From assembly GCA_934277435.1 (NCBI GenBank), contig CAKQUE010000006.1, forward strand, positions 3,395 through 67,394: 64,000 bases of DNA. The letters are read 5' to 3'. This document shows, piece after piece, positions 45,567 to 55,388 of the stretch (its first letter is position 1; every line of letters begins with the position of its first letter). The notes below the pieces were generated by a model that was not told the DNA's origin, ran no database searches, and worked only from the letters and a program-made list of their open reading frames with translations. Source of the stretch: an uncultured Alphaproteobacteria bacterium (GTDB lineage: Bacteria > Pseudomonadota > Alphaproteobacteria > RF32 > CAG-239). The position numbers and the translations under genes are program-made.

Positions 45567-46718
45567 ATGTCAAAAATAGCGTTAGTAGATTGCGATAGTT
45601 TTTTTGTTTCGTGCGAACAGGCCGAAAATCCGGCTTTGCGCGGCAGAGCCGTGTGCGTTGTTTCTGGCAGCAACGGCTGTGTGGTATCTCGTTCGCGCGA
45701 GGCTAAAACAGTTGGTGTAAAAATGGGGCAGCCATGTTTTATGGCTAAAAAAGAGTTTCCAAATGTTTGCTATCTCAATGGCCGTAATGGTTTGTATAAG
45801 CAATATTCGCAAAAAGTGATGGCTTGTCTCAAAAATTTTACGCCTGATGTAGAGGTTTGTTCTATTGACGAAGCATATCTAAATATGCATGGTCTTGATA
45901 GACTCTATCATCAAGATTTTATGCAGCTGGCAAAAACGATTCGGCAAAAAGTTTGGCAAGATTGCGGGATTCCTGTTTCTATTGGCGTCAGCTCTTCCAA
46001 ATTGTTGGCAAAATTGGCGAGTGACAAGGCTAAAAACAGCGGCGGAGTATATATTATTAATCAAACGGATTTATCACAGGTGCTGCAAGAAACTCAATTG
46101 GAAGATGTTTGTGGTTTTGGTCGCCAACATACGGCAAAAATGAAAATGTCCGGTATCTTTAATTGTGCCGAATTTGTAGCGCAAAGCGATAGTTGGGTAC
46201 GTAAAAATTTGGGAATTGTCGGACTTGATTTAAAATATGAATTGCTCGGCCATTTGGTCAACAAAATAAAAACTGAACAAAGTTTGCCAAAATCGATTCA
46301 GAGTACTTCGGCTTTAAGCAAATTTACCACAGATATGGCTGTGCTGAGGGCTTCGTTAAAATATCATGTGCATAGCGCCAGTCAAAAACTGCGGGCAGAA
46401 GATTGCTATTGTCAAACTGTGGGGATAATGCTGAGAACTAAAGATTTTCAAATTTATACAAATAGTGTGAAATTGCCGCAACCTACCAATGGTGAACAAG
46501 AGCTTTTTGCGGCGGCGCAAGGTCTGCTTCCTAAAATTTATAATCCGGAGATTTTATATCGCAGCAGCGGCGTGACCTTGGAACATTTGCTCAGCAGCAA
46601 GGATTTTCAGCCCAATTTATTTGCTCAGCCTGAATATAAAGATGACAAAGTCAGTCGTGTGTTAGATGAACTAGAAAAAAAGTTTGGCAAAGATATTGTT
46701 AAAAATGGATTATTTTAA
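45567..46718 (+). CDS. Y-family DNA polymerase, UmuC-like
   Basis: 'ALVDCDSFFVSCEQ', 'VVSGSNGCVVSRSREAKTVGVKMGQP', 'CSIDEAYLNMHG' resemble UmuC more than DinB. Confidence 0.88.
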   Translation: MSKIALVDCDSFFVSCEQAENPALRGRAVCVVSGSNGCVVSRSREAKTVGVKMGQPCFMAKKEFPNVCYLNGRNGLYKQYSQKVMACLKNFTPDVEVCSIDEAYLNMHGLDRLYHQDFMQLAKTIRQKVWQDCGIPVSIGVSSSKLLAKLASDKAKNSGGVYIINQTDLSQVLQETQLEDVCGFGRQHTAKMKMSGIFNCAEFVAQSDSWVRKNLGIVGLDLKYELLGHLVNKIKTEQSLPKSIQSTSALSKFTTDMAVLRASLKYHVHSASQKLRAEDCYCQTVGIMLRTKDFQIYTNSVKLPQPTNGEQELFAAAQGLLPKIYNPEILYRSSGVTLEHLLSSKDFQPNLFAQPEYKDDKVSRVLDELEKKFGKDIVKNGLF

Positions 46719-46818
46719 TAATTAGAAAAAATAAACAAAAATTGACAAATTTATATTGCAGTAAAAATAAAAATATGTTTTAATGAAGAAACATAAAAAA
46801 TCTTGGAGGAGATGTCAC

Positions 46819-48261
46819 ATGGCCGAAGATAATGAAGATGTAAAAGCTGGTGTTGCTGAAAATCAAGAAACCAAAGCAGATGAAATAACAATTGAAAAAG
46901 ATACCGATGTTGAAACAACAAATGATGAAAATGTTGTTGAAAGTATCAGTCAAATAAAACCTTTGGAGGAGAGCCAGCTAAGATATAAAACTCTTGAATT
47001 TTTGTTTAATACAGAAGAACACAAAAAGTGGCTTCAAGATAAATTGCGGGAATTTTATGAAAAAGGAGAGCTGAACACTGACGGTGTTATCACCGGCGAT
47101 GATGAAATTGGTAAAAAGATATATCAAGACTATATGGATGAACTGTGCGAAAGTCTAAAAAATAATTCCTTATCGCTAGATGCAGATAAAATAAACGATT
47201 CGTTGCAAGTTGTCTACAAAATGCTGGATATGCGTCTTTCTGGTGATGAAGAATTAAATCAGCAAGACATCATTAAAGCAGCATATCGCCGAGTGTCAGA
47301 GATACCTCAGCTTCAAGAAACTTTTGAAGTTGTGAATATCGGATATAATATTTTTAATATGCTGAATCGTGTTTCTACCTCGTCTGGTATTGTATCACGG
47401 ATAGAAGTGGAAAATAAAATTCAAAAGCTGGAAGATTTTCATAATGCCAATATTGTTAATGATGATCAAATGGCAATGGGATATCACAACATAGCTATTT
47501 TATTTGAAAATATATCTGCACAAAAAAGGGATAGAATGGGTGACAATAATGAACGTTTGGCTTCATATGATTATATGGGTAAAGCTTTGCGTTTGACCAG
47601 TAATCCTAATTTGATAAAAACTTGTTTTGAATATCTTCCGAATGAAATGAACAAAAAAATGCTGTTTGTCCGCGAAGCTTGTGACAGAGTTTTGGCCGCC
47701 AATAAAAATGACGCATCAACTTTGCTTAAAATTCATACTTTATATGCTAAGTCATTGGTTAGCGAATTGAATAATGTTGGTTTTAAAATTAAAAACGAAG
47801 ATGACTACTACAGTGAAGCGAGCTATCATTACTACGAAGCTCTTAAGTATGCATCTACTAAAGATTCAAAGGCAAGAGTTTTACGTGGATTAATAAAATT
47901 ACAGAAAAATCATCCAGAAAAAATGGTTAAAACAAAGATAATGTTGGCAGAACAGTGTCTGGAAGGAAAAGCTAAAGTCAGAGAATTATTGAGACTGTCT
48001 GATGATGTTAAGCAAAAAGAACTTAAACCAATATTACTTGAAGGCGCTATTAATGAGTTGATAGACAGCGATGGCATAAAAGCGCAAGAAAAGTCTTTGT
48101 TATTGAAAAACGTTATATCTAAACTGCGCCCATTGTATGGAGATAATAAAGAAAAACTGGATAATTTGGCTAATTTAGAAAAGAAATATTGTCTAAAACC
48201 AAAAGAAGTAGAACTGTTGATTACGAGGGTTTCTTCCAAAGGTGGCGATTATTTCAAATAG
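46819..48261 (+). CDS. hypothetical helical protein with acidic N-terminus
   Basis: The start is at ATG 46819, 7 nt after GGAGGAG. 480 aa with no recognised motif. Confidence 0.6.
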   Translation: MAEDNEDVKAGVAENQETKADEITIEKDTDVETTNDENVVESISQIKPLEESQLRYKTLEFLFNTEEHKKWLQDKLREFYEKGELNTDGVITGDDEIGKKIYQDYMDELCESLKNNSLSLDADKINDSLQVVYKMLDMRLSGDEELNQQDIIKAAYRRVSEIPQLQETFEVVNIGYNIFNMLNRVSTSSGIVSRIEVENKIQKLEDFHNANIVNDDQMAMGYHNIAILFENISAQKRDRMGDNNERLASYDYMGKALRLTSNPNLIKTCFEYLPNEMNKKMLFVREACDRVLAANKNDASTLLKIHTLYAKSLVSELNNVGFKIKNEDDYYSEASYHYYEALKYASTKDSKARVLRGLIKLQKNHPEKMVKTKIMLAEQCLEGKAKVRELLRLSDDVKQKELKPILLEGAINELIDSDGIKAQEKSLLLKNVISKLRPLYGDNKEKLDNLANLEKKYCLKPKEVELLITRVSSKGGDYFK

Positions 48262-48280
48262 AAATATAAAATTAACAAAT

Positions 48281-48313
48281 ATTGCCGGCAAAATTAGTCG
48301 GCAATATTTTTTT
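48281..48313 (+). terminator. intrinsic terminator
   Basis: ATTGCCG-11 nt-CGGCAAT followed by ATTTTTTT. Confidence 0.65.
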
Positions 48314-48320
48314 AGATTAC

Positions 48321-48354
48321 AAAAAAATTAGGCAGAAGCTTCAAGCATTCTGCC
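48321..48354 (-). terminator. intrinsic terminator after hup
   Basis: GGCAGAA/TTCTGCC stem, with a T-run on the minus strand. Confidence 0.6.
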
Positions 48355-48384
48355 AAAATTTTTCTACAGTAATGATTGTATCAA

Positions 48385-48660
48385 TTAGCTGTTAACGATG
48401 TCTTGCAAAGTTTTACCAGCTTTGAATTTAGCAACATTGCGTGCCGGAACTTTTACGGTTTCACGAGTACGAGGGTTGATAGCTGTTGTAGCTGCTCTTT
48501 TAGAAGTAGCGAATGTACCAAAGCCAACCAAACGAACATCATCGCCAGACTTCAAAGCGGCAGAAACAGAAGAAACGAAAGCATCCAAAGCTTTAGCAGA
48601 ATCAGTTTTTGTTAAGCCGGAAGCAGCAGCAATGCTGTCAATCAATTCACTTTTATTCAT
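48385..48660 (-). CDS. hup: DNA-binding protein HU
   Basis: 'MNKSELIDSIA...', 'VRLVGFGTF', 'RNPRT-like INPRTRETVKVPARNVAKFKAGK'. The start is at ATG 48660, after AGAGGA. Confidence 0.92.
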   Translation of the reverse strand: MNKSELIDSIAAASGLTKTDSAKALDAFVSSVSAALKSGDDVRLVGFGTFATSKRAATTAINPRTRETVKVPARNVAKFKAGKTLQDIVNS

Positions 48661-48878
48661 TTTAGTATTCCTCTTTAAGGTTATAATTAAAGTTGAGAAA
48701 TATTTCTCGTCTTTCATCTAATAGGATTCAAATTAATTTGTCAAACAAAAAATAGCGTCAAATCCCCAAAAATAATATATTTTGCGCCTAATTTAGCCAA
48801 ATTGTGGGCTAAAAATATTCATATTTGACAATAAAACCGATTTATTTTAGGATATAAGCCGAAAAAGGAGAATTTTTG

Positions 48879-49403
48879 ATGAAATTTAGAATCTTGAGTT
48901 TGGCGTTAATTGGTCTTTTGAGCGCTTGCGGAGAATCGGGCAGCGACGAGATTTATAATGAAAACAACACCAACGTGGTTGACGGCGTGGTTTATGATAT
49001 TAATGAAAAGCCAATCAATGGAATTTATAAAACCTATTATCCTAACGGCAATGTAAAAATGGAAGTAGAAAGTCAAAAAGGCAAGCCGGAAGGTCGGGGG
49101 CGTTTTTATGATGAAGACGGCAATATTTTGTATGAAGGCACGTTCAGAGATGGCAAAATAGATGGTAAAATGCTGAATTTTTATCCTGACGGTTCTGTGC
49201 ATAATGAGGTAAATTACAATAAAGGAGTGCAAACCGGCATATCCAGAACTTATAATGAAGATGGCAGCTTGGCTGTTGAAACAAAATTTGAAAACGGTAA
49301 GGCCGTGAGCGGCTATGCGATGATACAGGAGCATAAAATAGATTTGTCGCCTGAAGATTTGCAAGCACTATCTCAGCCTCAATCAGAACAGCCGCTGCAA
49401 TAG
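48879..49403 (+). CDS. lipoprotein with MORN/YwqK-type repeats
   Basis: Lipobox 'GLLSAC'. Repeats 'Y.NG....E.....G...G' are like those in the N-terminus of the first gene. Confidence 0.75.
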   Translation: MKFRILSLALIGLLSACGESGSDEIYNENNTNVVDGVVYDINEKPINGIYKTYYPNGNVKMEVESQKGKPEGRGRFYDEDGNILYEGTFRDGKIDGKMLNFYPDGSVHNEVNYNKGVQTGISRTYNEDGSLAVETKFENGKAVSGYAMIQEHKIDLSPEDLQALSQPQSEQPLQ

Positions 49404-49417
49404 CGGTTGTTTTTTTA
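49390..49417 (+). terminator. intrinsic terminator
   Basis: AGCCGCT-gcaat-AGCGGTT followed by GTTTTTTT. Confidence 0.6.
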
Positions 49418-49723
49418 TAAATAAGTTCTATATAAATATATCAGATTGACGTATTTAGAATTTTAATAAAAAACAACGAATCGGAATTTTATGTAAAATT
49501 ATTATAAATCAAATGGTTATGTTATTCTACTTTAGAATCGTTTAAAATTATATTGGCCGAAAATTAAGCGAAAAAAAAGATGAAAAAGGGCTTTTCTTAG
49601 TTTTTTTGTATAAATTTTGTTAAAAACTAAAAAAATGCTTAACAAGTTATTAATTTTCTGTTAATAATGGTAGTAGAAATGTGTAAAAGAGTGAATTTGT
49701 TCAGAAAAGAACTGGAGGATATA

Positions 49724-50233
49724 ATGAAAAATTTAACAAAATTGTTGGTTTTAGCCATGGTGGCAGGTTTGACTGCTTGTGCCAGCGACGAAGAACAGAC
49801 AGGACGCAATTACCGTTATGTTGGCAATAACCATGACTGCGGCGAAGCTTTGGTACAGGATAAGCCGGAACCAGCTCCGGTTCGCCAATACCAACAACCG
49901 GCTCCAATGCCTGTTGCTCGTCCATGCGTAACTTGTCAGGCTGCAGCTCCTGTTGCTCCGGCTCCTCGTCCATGCAACACTTGTCAGCCAACAGAATATA
50001 CTGTTAGAACACCGGTAAAAGTTGTTTATAAAAACACAACATATCACACAGTATATGAACCTCGCACTTATGAAACAACTGCATATGAAACTCGTCCGTT
50101 TAATCGTGATGAAGCTTGCGCAACCGGCAACTGTGTAGACACTCAGGCTCCAGTTGTTACTCAACAGCCTGTTTTGCGGCAGCCAGCTGCAGCAGCCGCT
50201 GCTCCGGCAAAAGTTGAAGTATATGAAAAATAA
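49724..50233 (+). CDS. Pro/Ala-rich lipoprotein
   Basis: Lipobox 'AGLTAC' with GGAGGA 5 nt upstream. It has a duplicated 'RPC(V/N)TCQ' motif. Confidence 0.7.
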   Translation: MKNLTKLLVLAMVAGLTACASDEEQTGRNYRYVGNNHDCGEALVQDKPEPAPVRQYQQPAPMPVARPCVTCQAAAPVAPAPRPCNTCQPTEYTVRTPVKVVYKNTTYHTVYEPRTYETTAYETRPFNRDEACATGNCVDTQAPVVTQQPVLRQPAAAAAAPAKVEVYEK

Positions 50234-50255
50234 TTAGAATTTGTTTTTCTCTAGG

Positions 50256-50288
50256 CTCCGTGCGTTTGATGATGTACGGAGTTTTTTT
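50256..50288 (+). terminator. intrinsic terminator
   Basis: CTCCGT-14 nt-ACGGAG followed by TTTTTTT. Confidence 0.6.
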
Positions 50289-50486
50289 GTGCATAAATCC
50301 ACAATATGGTGTATTTTAAAAAATTTTAACTTGACAAACTTTCTGAGTAGGGTAACATATATTTTGCAAGTAAAGAGTGTATATATTATTTGCAAATAAT
50401 ATATGCGTTTGGGGTAGAAATATATTTTTAAATGAATATATCACCGTTTGCATAAAAGACTAAATTTAAACAAAGAGAGGATACGT

Positions 50487-52853
50487 ATGAGGAAAAGTTT
50501 GTTATTGTCAACAGCGTTGGTGGCGGTTTTCGCAGCTACGCAGGCTAATGCCGTTATATATACTTGGAATGAAGACCAGGGAACCGTAAATATCTCGGAC
50601 AAAATAAGTAGAGAGACTGGGTCTGATACCATTGTTTGGGTGCCGGGAAAAATCTCTGTCGGCGCAAATTCCGTATTTTCAGGAAATAAAGCAGTAATCG
50701 GCGGCGCAGTAGCTATCAAGAAACTTGCAGGTGCATTAACTATTGGTGCTAACACGCAGTTTTTGAACAATGAAGCAAAATACGATGGCGGTGCTGTCGG
50801 CAACTACGGCGGTGCCGTATTAACAAACAATGTTTTGTTTAAGGGTAATAAGGCGCAAACCGGAAGTTCTGATTTTCAAGCTATAGGCGGCGGTGCTATG
50901 TCTTTAGGTGTTGATGCTCAAACCGAAATTAATAACAGCATTTTTGAAAACAACACTTCCGGTTATAGTGGCGGTGCCATTGCAATGCGTAAGACTTTGC
51001 AGCCGACCGAAGTTGCAGAAGGAAATAACAGAAATAAACTGAATATCACAAATTCAAAATTTACTGGAAATAAAGCTCTTGGAACAGTTACAGATACATC
51101 TGATAGTTCTATTTTGTCATCCGGTAACGGCGGTGCCATTGCTAATAATTTTGCAACCACAACCGTAACAAATACGATTTTTGAAAATAATGAAGCCAAA
51201 AACTTTGGCGGTGCGGTTTTCAATATGATGTATGAAAAACTGGCGGCAGATTCTCAATCGCCTAAAGAATTTCACACTGATAAAGGTGGAATTATTGCTA
51301 TTGCGGATTCAACGTTTACAAATAACGCTGCCGGTTCAGAAGGCGGTGCTTTGTATAATATGAAAAATGCGGCTATAAACTTTAGCGGCAATAACGTATT
51401 TTCCGGCAATACAGCTGGCGGTAAGGCAAATGATATTCACAATGAAGGCGCAATCAATGTTGCCGGCGATTTGAGTTTGGACGGCGGCATAAGCGGCGAT
51501 GGCACAATCACTTTTGCCAAAGGTTCTAATTTGTCGGTTAAAGTTAATAAAACCGCAATCGCCAACAACGTTGTTAACAACGGCGCAAATTTGAATATGG
51601 TTTTCGACACAGGTTTTGAGGGCGAATATCAGCTTGTTACCGGCTCTTTGGATAAAGAATTTGAAGGCTACAACAATAACGCTTTGTACAACATTGCGTC
51701 ATCTAAAAACGGCACTTATCAGATTAGCAAAAAAACAGCTCAGGAAATTTCTGAAGCAGTGTCTGCAACACAAAACGAGGCTAATGTTATTGCCGCTTTA
51801 ACCGCTCAAAGCGATACAGGCAATGCCAAGGCTAATATCATTGCAAATTCGGTTAACGACGCTTTGCAAAGCGGAAACGAAGCGGAAATTGCTGCCGCTA
51901 AAGAGGCCGCTTCGGCTTTGGCGCCAGATGTTGCTCCAGTTGTTTCACAAACCGAAACTACGGTTGCAAATCAAATTTACGGCGCTATCGGCACACGTTT
52001 GAGCGGTGGAATCAATAACGCAAATCAAGGTGTTTCTTCTGGTGATATGCTGGACGATGCCGCGGTTTGGGTTCAAGGTTTGTATAACAAATCTAAACTG
52101 AACAACACCTCAAAAGCTTATGGCTATGACGCCGATACTTATGGTGCTGCGTTTGGTTTGGAAAAATATGTGACAAAAGCAACTAAACTCGGTGCCGGTT
52201 ATGCTTATAACTCTACCGACATTGACGGTCACAATCGCGATACCGACGTTCATACCAGCACTTTGTTTGCCTATGGCGAATATAAGCCAAACAACTGGTT
52301 TGTTAACGGTATTATGTCATATGGCTGGTCTGATTATAAAGAAAAGAAACATTCAGTTGTTGATGTAAAGTCAAAGTATGATGTTGATACATTCGGTTTG
52401 CAAGCTATGACCGGTTATGATATCAATTTGCCGCAAGCATTCACATTGACACCGGAAGCCGGCGTTCGCTACGCGCATGTTGATCAGGACGGTTACACCG
52501 ATGACGCTGGTCAAAGCGTAAAGAGCCATAAAGGCAATATTTGGACAGGTGTTGCCGGTGCTAAATTGAGCAAAGCTTTTGCCGCCGACAATGGTATGAT
52601 TTTCAAACCGGAATTGCGTTTGGCCGCAACATATGATTTGAAAAACGACAAAGGCAACACATTGGTAACCTTGGCCAATGGTACTTCATATTCTGTACAA
52701 GGTACGGCTTTGAAACGCTTTGGCGTTGAAGTCGGAGCCGGTGTAACTGCCGATTTGAGCGATAATATCGAACTTTCTATGGGCTATGAGGGCCGCTTCC
52801 GCAGCCACTATCAAGACCATACAGGTTTGATTAACGCTAAATACAAATTCTAG
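50487..52853 (+). CDS. autotransporter with Pmp-type (GGA[ILV]/FxxN) passenger repeats
   Basis: Signal peptide '...ATQANA', at least 7 GGA(I/V/L/M) and FxxN pairs, and a C-terminal beta-barrel ending 'INAKYKF'. Confidence 0.85.
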   Translation: MRKSLLLSTALVAVFAATQANAVIYTWNEDQGTVNISDKISRETGSDTIVWVPGKISVGANSVFSGNKAVIGGAVAIKKLAGALTIGANTQFLNNEAKYDGGAVGNYGGAVLTNNVLFKGNKAQTGSSDFQAIGGGAMSLGVDAQTEINNSIFENNTSGYSGGAIAMRKTLQPTEVAEGNNRNKLNITNSKFTGNKALGTVTDTSDSSILSSGNGGAIANNFATTTVTNTIFENNEAKNFGGAVFNMMYEKLAADSQSPKEFHTDKGGIIAIADSTFTNNAAGSEGGALYNMKNAAINFSGNNVFSGNTAGGKANDIHNEGAINVAGDLSLDGGISGDGTITFAKGSNLSVKVNKTAIANNVVNNGANLNMVFDTGFEGEYQLVTGSLDKEFEGYNNNALYNIASSKNGTYQISKKTAQEISEAVSATQNEANVIAALTAQSDTGNAKANIIANSVNDALQSGNEAEIAAAKEAASALAPDVAPVVSQTETTVANQIYGAIGTRLSGGINNANQGVSSGDMLDDAAVWVQGLYNKSKLNNTSKAYGYDADTYGAAFGLEKYVTKATKLGAGYAYNSTDIDGHNRDTDVHTSTLFAYGEYKPNNWFVNGIMSYGWSDYKEKKHSVVDVKSKYDVDTFGLQAMTGYDINLPQAFTLTPEAGVRYAHVDQDGYTDDAGQSVKSHKGNIWTGVAGAKLSKAFAADNGMIFKPELRLAATYDLKNDKGNTLVTLANGTSYSVQGTALKRFGVEVGAGVTADLSDNIELSMGYEGRFRSHYQDHTGLINAKYKF

Positions 52854-52872
52854 TTTTTTACTTCTAAATAAT

Positions 52873-52906
52873 AAAACTCCACCAGCGTAAGCCGGTGGAG
52901 TTTTAT
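52873..52906. terminator. bidirectional intrinsic terminator
   Basis: AACTCCACC-10 nt-GGTGGAGTT with flanking A and T runs. Confidence 0.65.
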
Positions 52907-52909
52907 TAA

Positions 52910-53290
52910 TCACTTTACGCCGCAAACCCAAGACAGATAAATAACGTCTTCCTCTTCAAGCTTGTTGAGCTTGAGGCCGCGAGCAGCCGCTTCCAGAAGA
53001 TTTTTAGCCGGCTTTTTCACAAAGATTGAGTCGGACATTGTTTTCAGTGTGTTTTCAATAAACACAATCTGCTGTTTAACATTTGGCGTTTGCTTAAATG
53101 TTTTCAGAGTCTTAAGGTCATTTTCTAACATGCCTCGGATTTCAGATTTTTTATCTGTTTTAAAGGCAATCAAATCAATTCTGTTACTCTCAGAATTTAT
53201 TGTTCCGAGCCAAAAAAACGTGCACTTAGCAGGCAAATCTGGGTCACAAACCAATAACAGACTTGCAAGCATAAATTTATTATCGTTCAT
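52910..53290 (-). CDS. hypothetical protein (126 aa)
   Basis: ORF bounded by a terminator. No motif recognised. Confidence 0.5.
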   Translation of the reverse strand: MNDNKFMLASLLLVCDPDLPAKCTFFWLGTINSESNRIDLIAFKTDKKSEIRGMLENDLKTLKTFKQTPNVKQQIVFIENTLKTMSDSIFVKKPAKNLLEAAARGLKLNKLEEEDVIYLSWVCGVK

Positions 53291-53508
53291 AAAGCAAAAT
53301 AGTTTACGGGGCGTTAGTCTTTAGATGTACGTTTGCCCAATGCGCACAAGACATAATATATATATAATAATTAATATTCACTTTAGATTTTAGCAGAAAA
53401 TATTTTTTTGTCAATAAATAAAATAACCACAAGCTTCAAAACATAAACTTGCACATTTATTAATTGTTTGATATTTTTAGAACAAACATTATTAAGGAGA
53501 TTTTTGTG

Positions 53509-54111
53509 ATGATAAAACAAAACAAAATGGCAAAAGCTAAAACAACAAGCAAACTGATAAGCTTTTTCAAAAATCCGCGTTTTTGCGTTGGCTTGCTGAT
53601 AATAGCTATAGTTGGTGCCAGCGCGGCCTATTACAAAGTGTCACAAAATAAAAAACAAGCTGAGTTTGAACTTGGTTATGCCGGCGGTATGATATATCGT
53701 CAGGTTGAAGGCTATCAAGCCGCATGTCGTGAAAGTGGCTATGAGCTGAAAGTGTATCCGCAAAAATTTAAGGCAAAGTATGCAAATGAAATAAAAAAAA
53801 TAGCTGATACAGCCAAAAAATATAATTATAGCCTTGGTGAGCTGTTTGCGTTTATTGAAAATAATTCGAACCTGAAAAGTAAATTGATAGCCGATATTAA
53901 AAGTGAAATGGATAATATGCGTAAACAAATTATTTTGGCGGCGTTGCAAGAAAAGGAAAATAATGAGGCTCTGGTTTGGAATGATGCTTATAATGATATT
54001 TTATCTTCAGAAGGACTTTGCCGCGATATGGACGAACACCCTGAAGATTATTTGAAAATATATCAGGAAACTTCATATCCAACGTTGAAATATATTGAGG
54101 ACAGATTTTAA
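53509..54111 (+). CDS. hypothetical membrane-anchored protein
   Basis: AAGGAG at 53494. The start could be GTG 53506 or ATG 53509. It has one TM helix. Confidence 0.55.
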   Translation: MIKQNKMAKAKTTSKLISFFKNPRFCVGLLIIAIVGASAAYYKVSQNKKQAEFELGYAGGMIYRQVEGYQAACRESGYELKVYPQKFKAKYANEIKKIADTAKKYNYSLGELFAFIENNSNLKSKLIADIKSEMDNMRKQIILAALQEKENNEALVWNDAYNDILSSEGLCRDMDEHPEDYLKIYQETSYPTLKYIEDRF

Positions 54112-54115
54112 GCAC

Positions 54116-54152
54116 AAAAAAACTTCCGCGAGATTATCGGAAGTTTTTTTGT
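54116..54152. terminator. bidirectional intrinsic terminator
   Basis: AACTTCCG-9 nt-CGGAAGTT with flanking A and T runs. Confidence 0.65.
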
Positions 54153-54158
54153 TACGGA

Positions 54159-55388
54159 TTATTCATAACGTAAAGCGTTTATCGGGTTCAACAGCGATGC
54201 TTTGTAGGCTGGGAAAAATCCGAACAGCAAACCGACAATGCCCGAAAAACTAAATGGCAAAATCACATAGAATGTTGCTAATTCCGCCGAAATAGAAGTC
54301 AGTTTCGGTAGAAGATAAACACCGGCGATACCAAATATAACCCCGATTAATCCTCCGAGCAGCGATAAAATCAACGCTTCCATCAAAAATTGCAGACGGA
54401 TGTCCCAGCGTTTGGCGCCAATGGCCATACGAATACCTATTTCACGCGTGCGTTCGGTAACCGAAACCAGCATTATGTTCATAATACCGATACCACCGAC
54501 TAGCAAAGAAATAGAGGCAATAGACCCCAGTAAAATAGTCATAATTTTGGTGGAGTTTTGCATCATTTCCATAAATTGCGTCAGGTTCATAATGGTAAAA
54601 TCATCGTCTTTTGTCAAACCAAGATTATGGCGTTGGCGCAAAAGTGCGGTAATTTCATCTTGCGATGTATAAGTGCTTTCTGCGTCGTATGCCTGCAACA
54701 TAAGCATATTAACCATATTAGGAAATTCTGTTCCGGAAACTTTTTTTTGCACGGTACTGAGTGGTAAATAAACCATATCATCTTGGTTTTGCCCCGGACC
54801 GCTTTGTCCGCGTGTGGTCAAAGCGCCGATAACCGTAAAAGGCAATCCCTTAATACGAATAGTTTTGCCTAAAGGGTCAATATCGCCAAACAGCTCTTTA
54901 ACAACAGTTTGACCAAGAATGGCGACTTTGTTTGCGTTCTTAACATCGGCGTCCGAAAAATCACGCCCATAAGCCAACTCCCATTCTTTTATTTCAAAAT
55001 AGCGATTGTCGGTTCCCACAATATTGGTCGCCCAGTTTGTGTTGCCGTAAACGATTTGTCCGCTGTCATTAACCACAGGCACGGCCAAACGGATAGCGGC
55101 TATTTTGTTTTGAATGGCGTCAGCGTCGCCGTTTTTGAGCGTAGGCTGCGAGCCGTGTCCCATACGCGCTCCGCCGGAAGTTGAGGAGCCTGAACGAATC
55201 ATAATCAGATTTGTACCCATACTGCGCATTTCTTTTTGGATTGATAGCTGCGCACCATTGCCGATAGCCAGCATCACAATAACCGCAGCCACACCGATAA
55301 TTATACCCAAGCTGGTCAAAACCGAACGCATTTTATTAGCGTGAATGGCGCGGATGGCAATTTTAAAAATAGTTTTTAACTCAATCAT
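54159..55388 (-). CDS. MacB-like ABC transporter permease (FtsX family)
   Basis: Four TM helices, a MacB periplasmic core, and the C-terminus 'PAYKASLLNPINALRYE'. Confidence 0.85.
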   Translation of the reverse strand: MIELKTIFKIAIRAIHANKMRSVLTSLGIIIGVAAVIVMLAIGNGAQLSIQKEMRSMGTNLIMIRSGSSTSGGARMGHGSQPTLKNGDADAIQNKIAAIRLAVPVVNDSGQIVYGNTNWATNIVGTDNRYFEIKEWELAYGRDFSDADVKNANKVAILGQTVVKELFGDIDPLGKTIRIKGLPFTVIGALTTRGQSGPGQNQDDMVYLPLSTVQKKVSGTEFPNMVNMLMLQAYDAESTYTSQDEITALLRQRHNLGLTKDDDFTIMNLTQFMEMMQNSTKIMTILLGSIASISLLVGGIGIMNIMLVSVTERTREIGIRMAIGAKRWDIRLQFLMEALILSLLGGLIGVIFGIAGVYLLPKLTSISAELATFYVILPFSFSGIVGLLFGFFPAYKASLLNPINALRYE

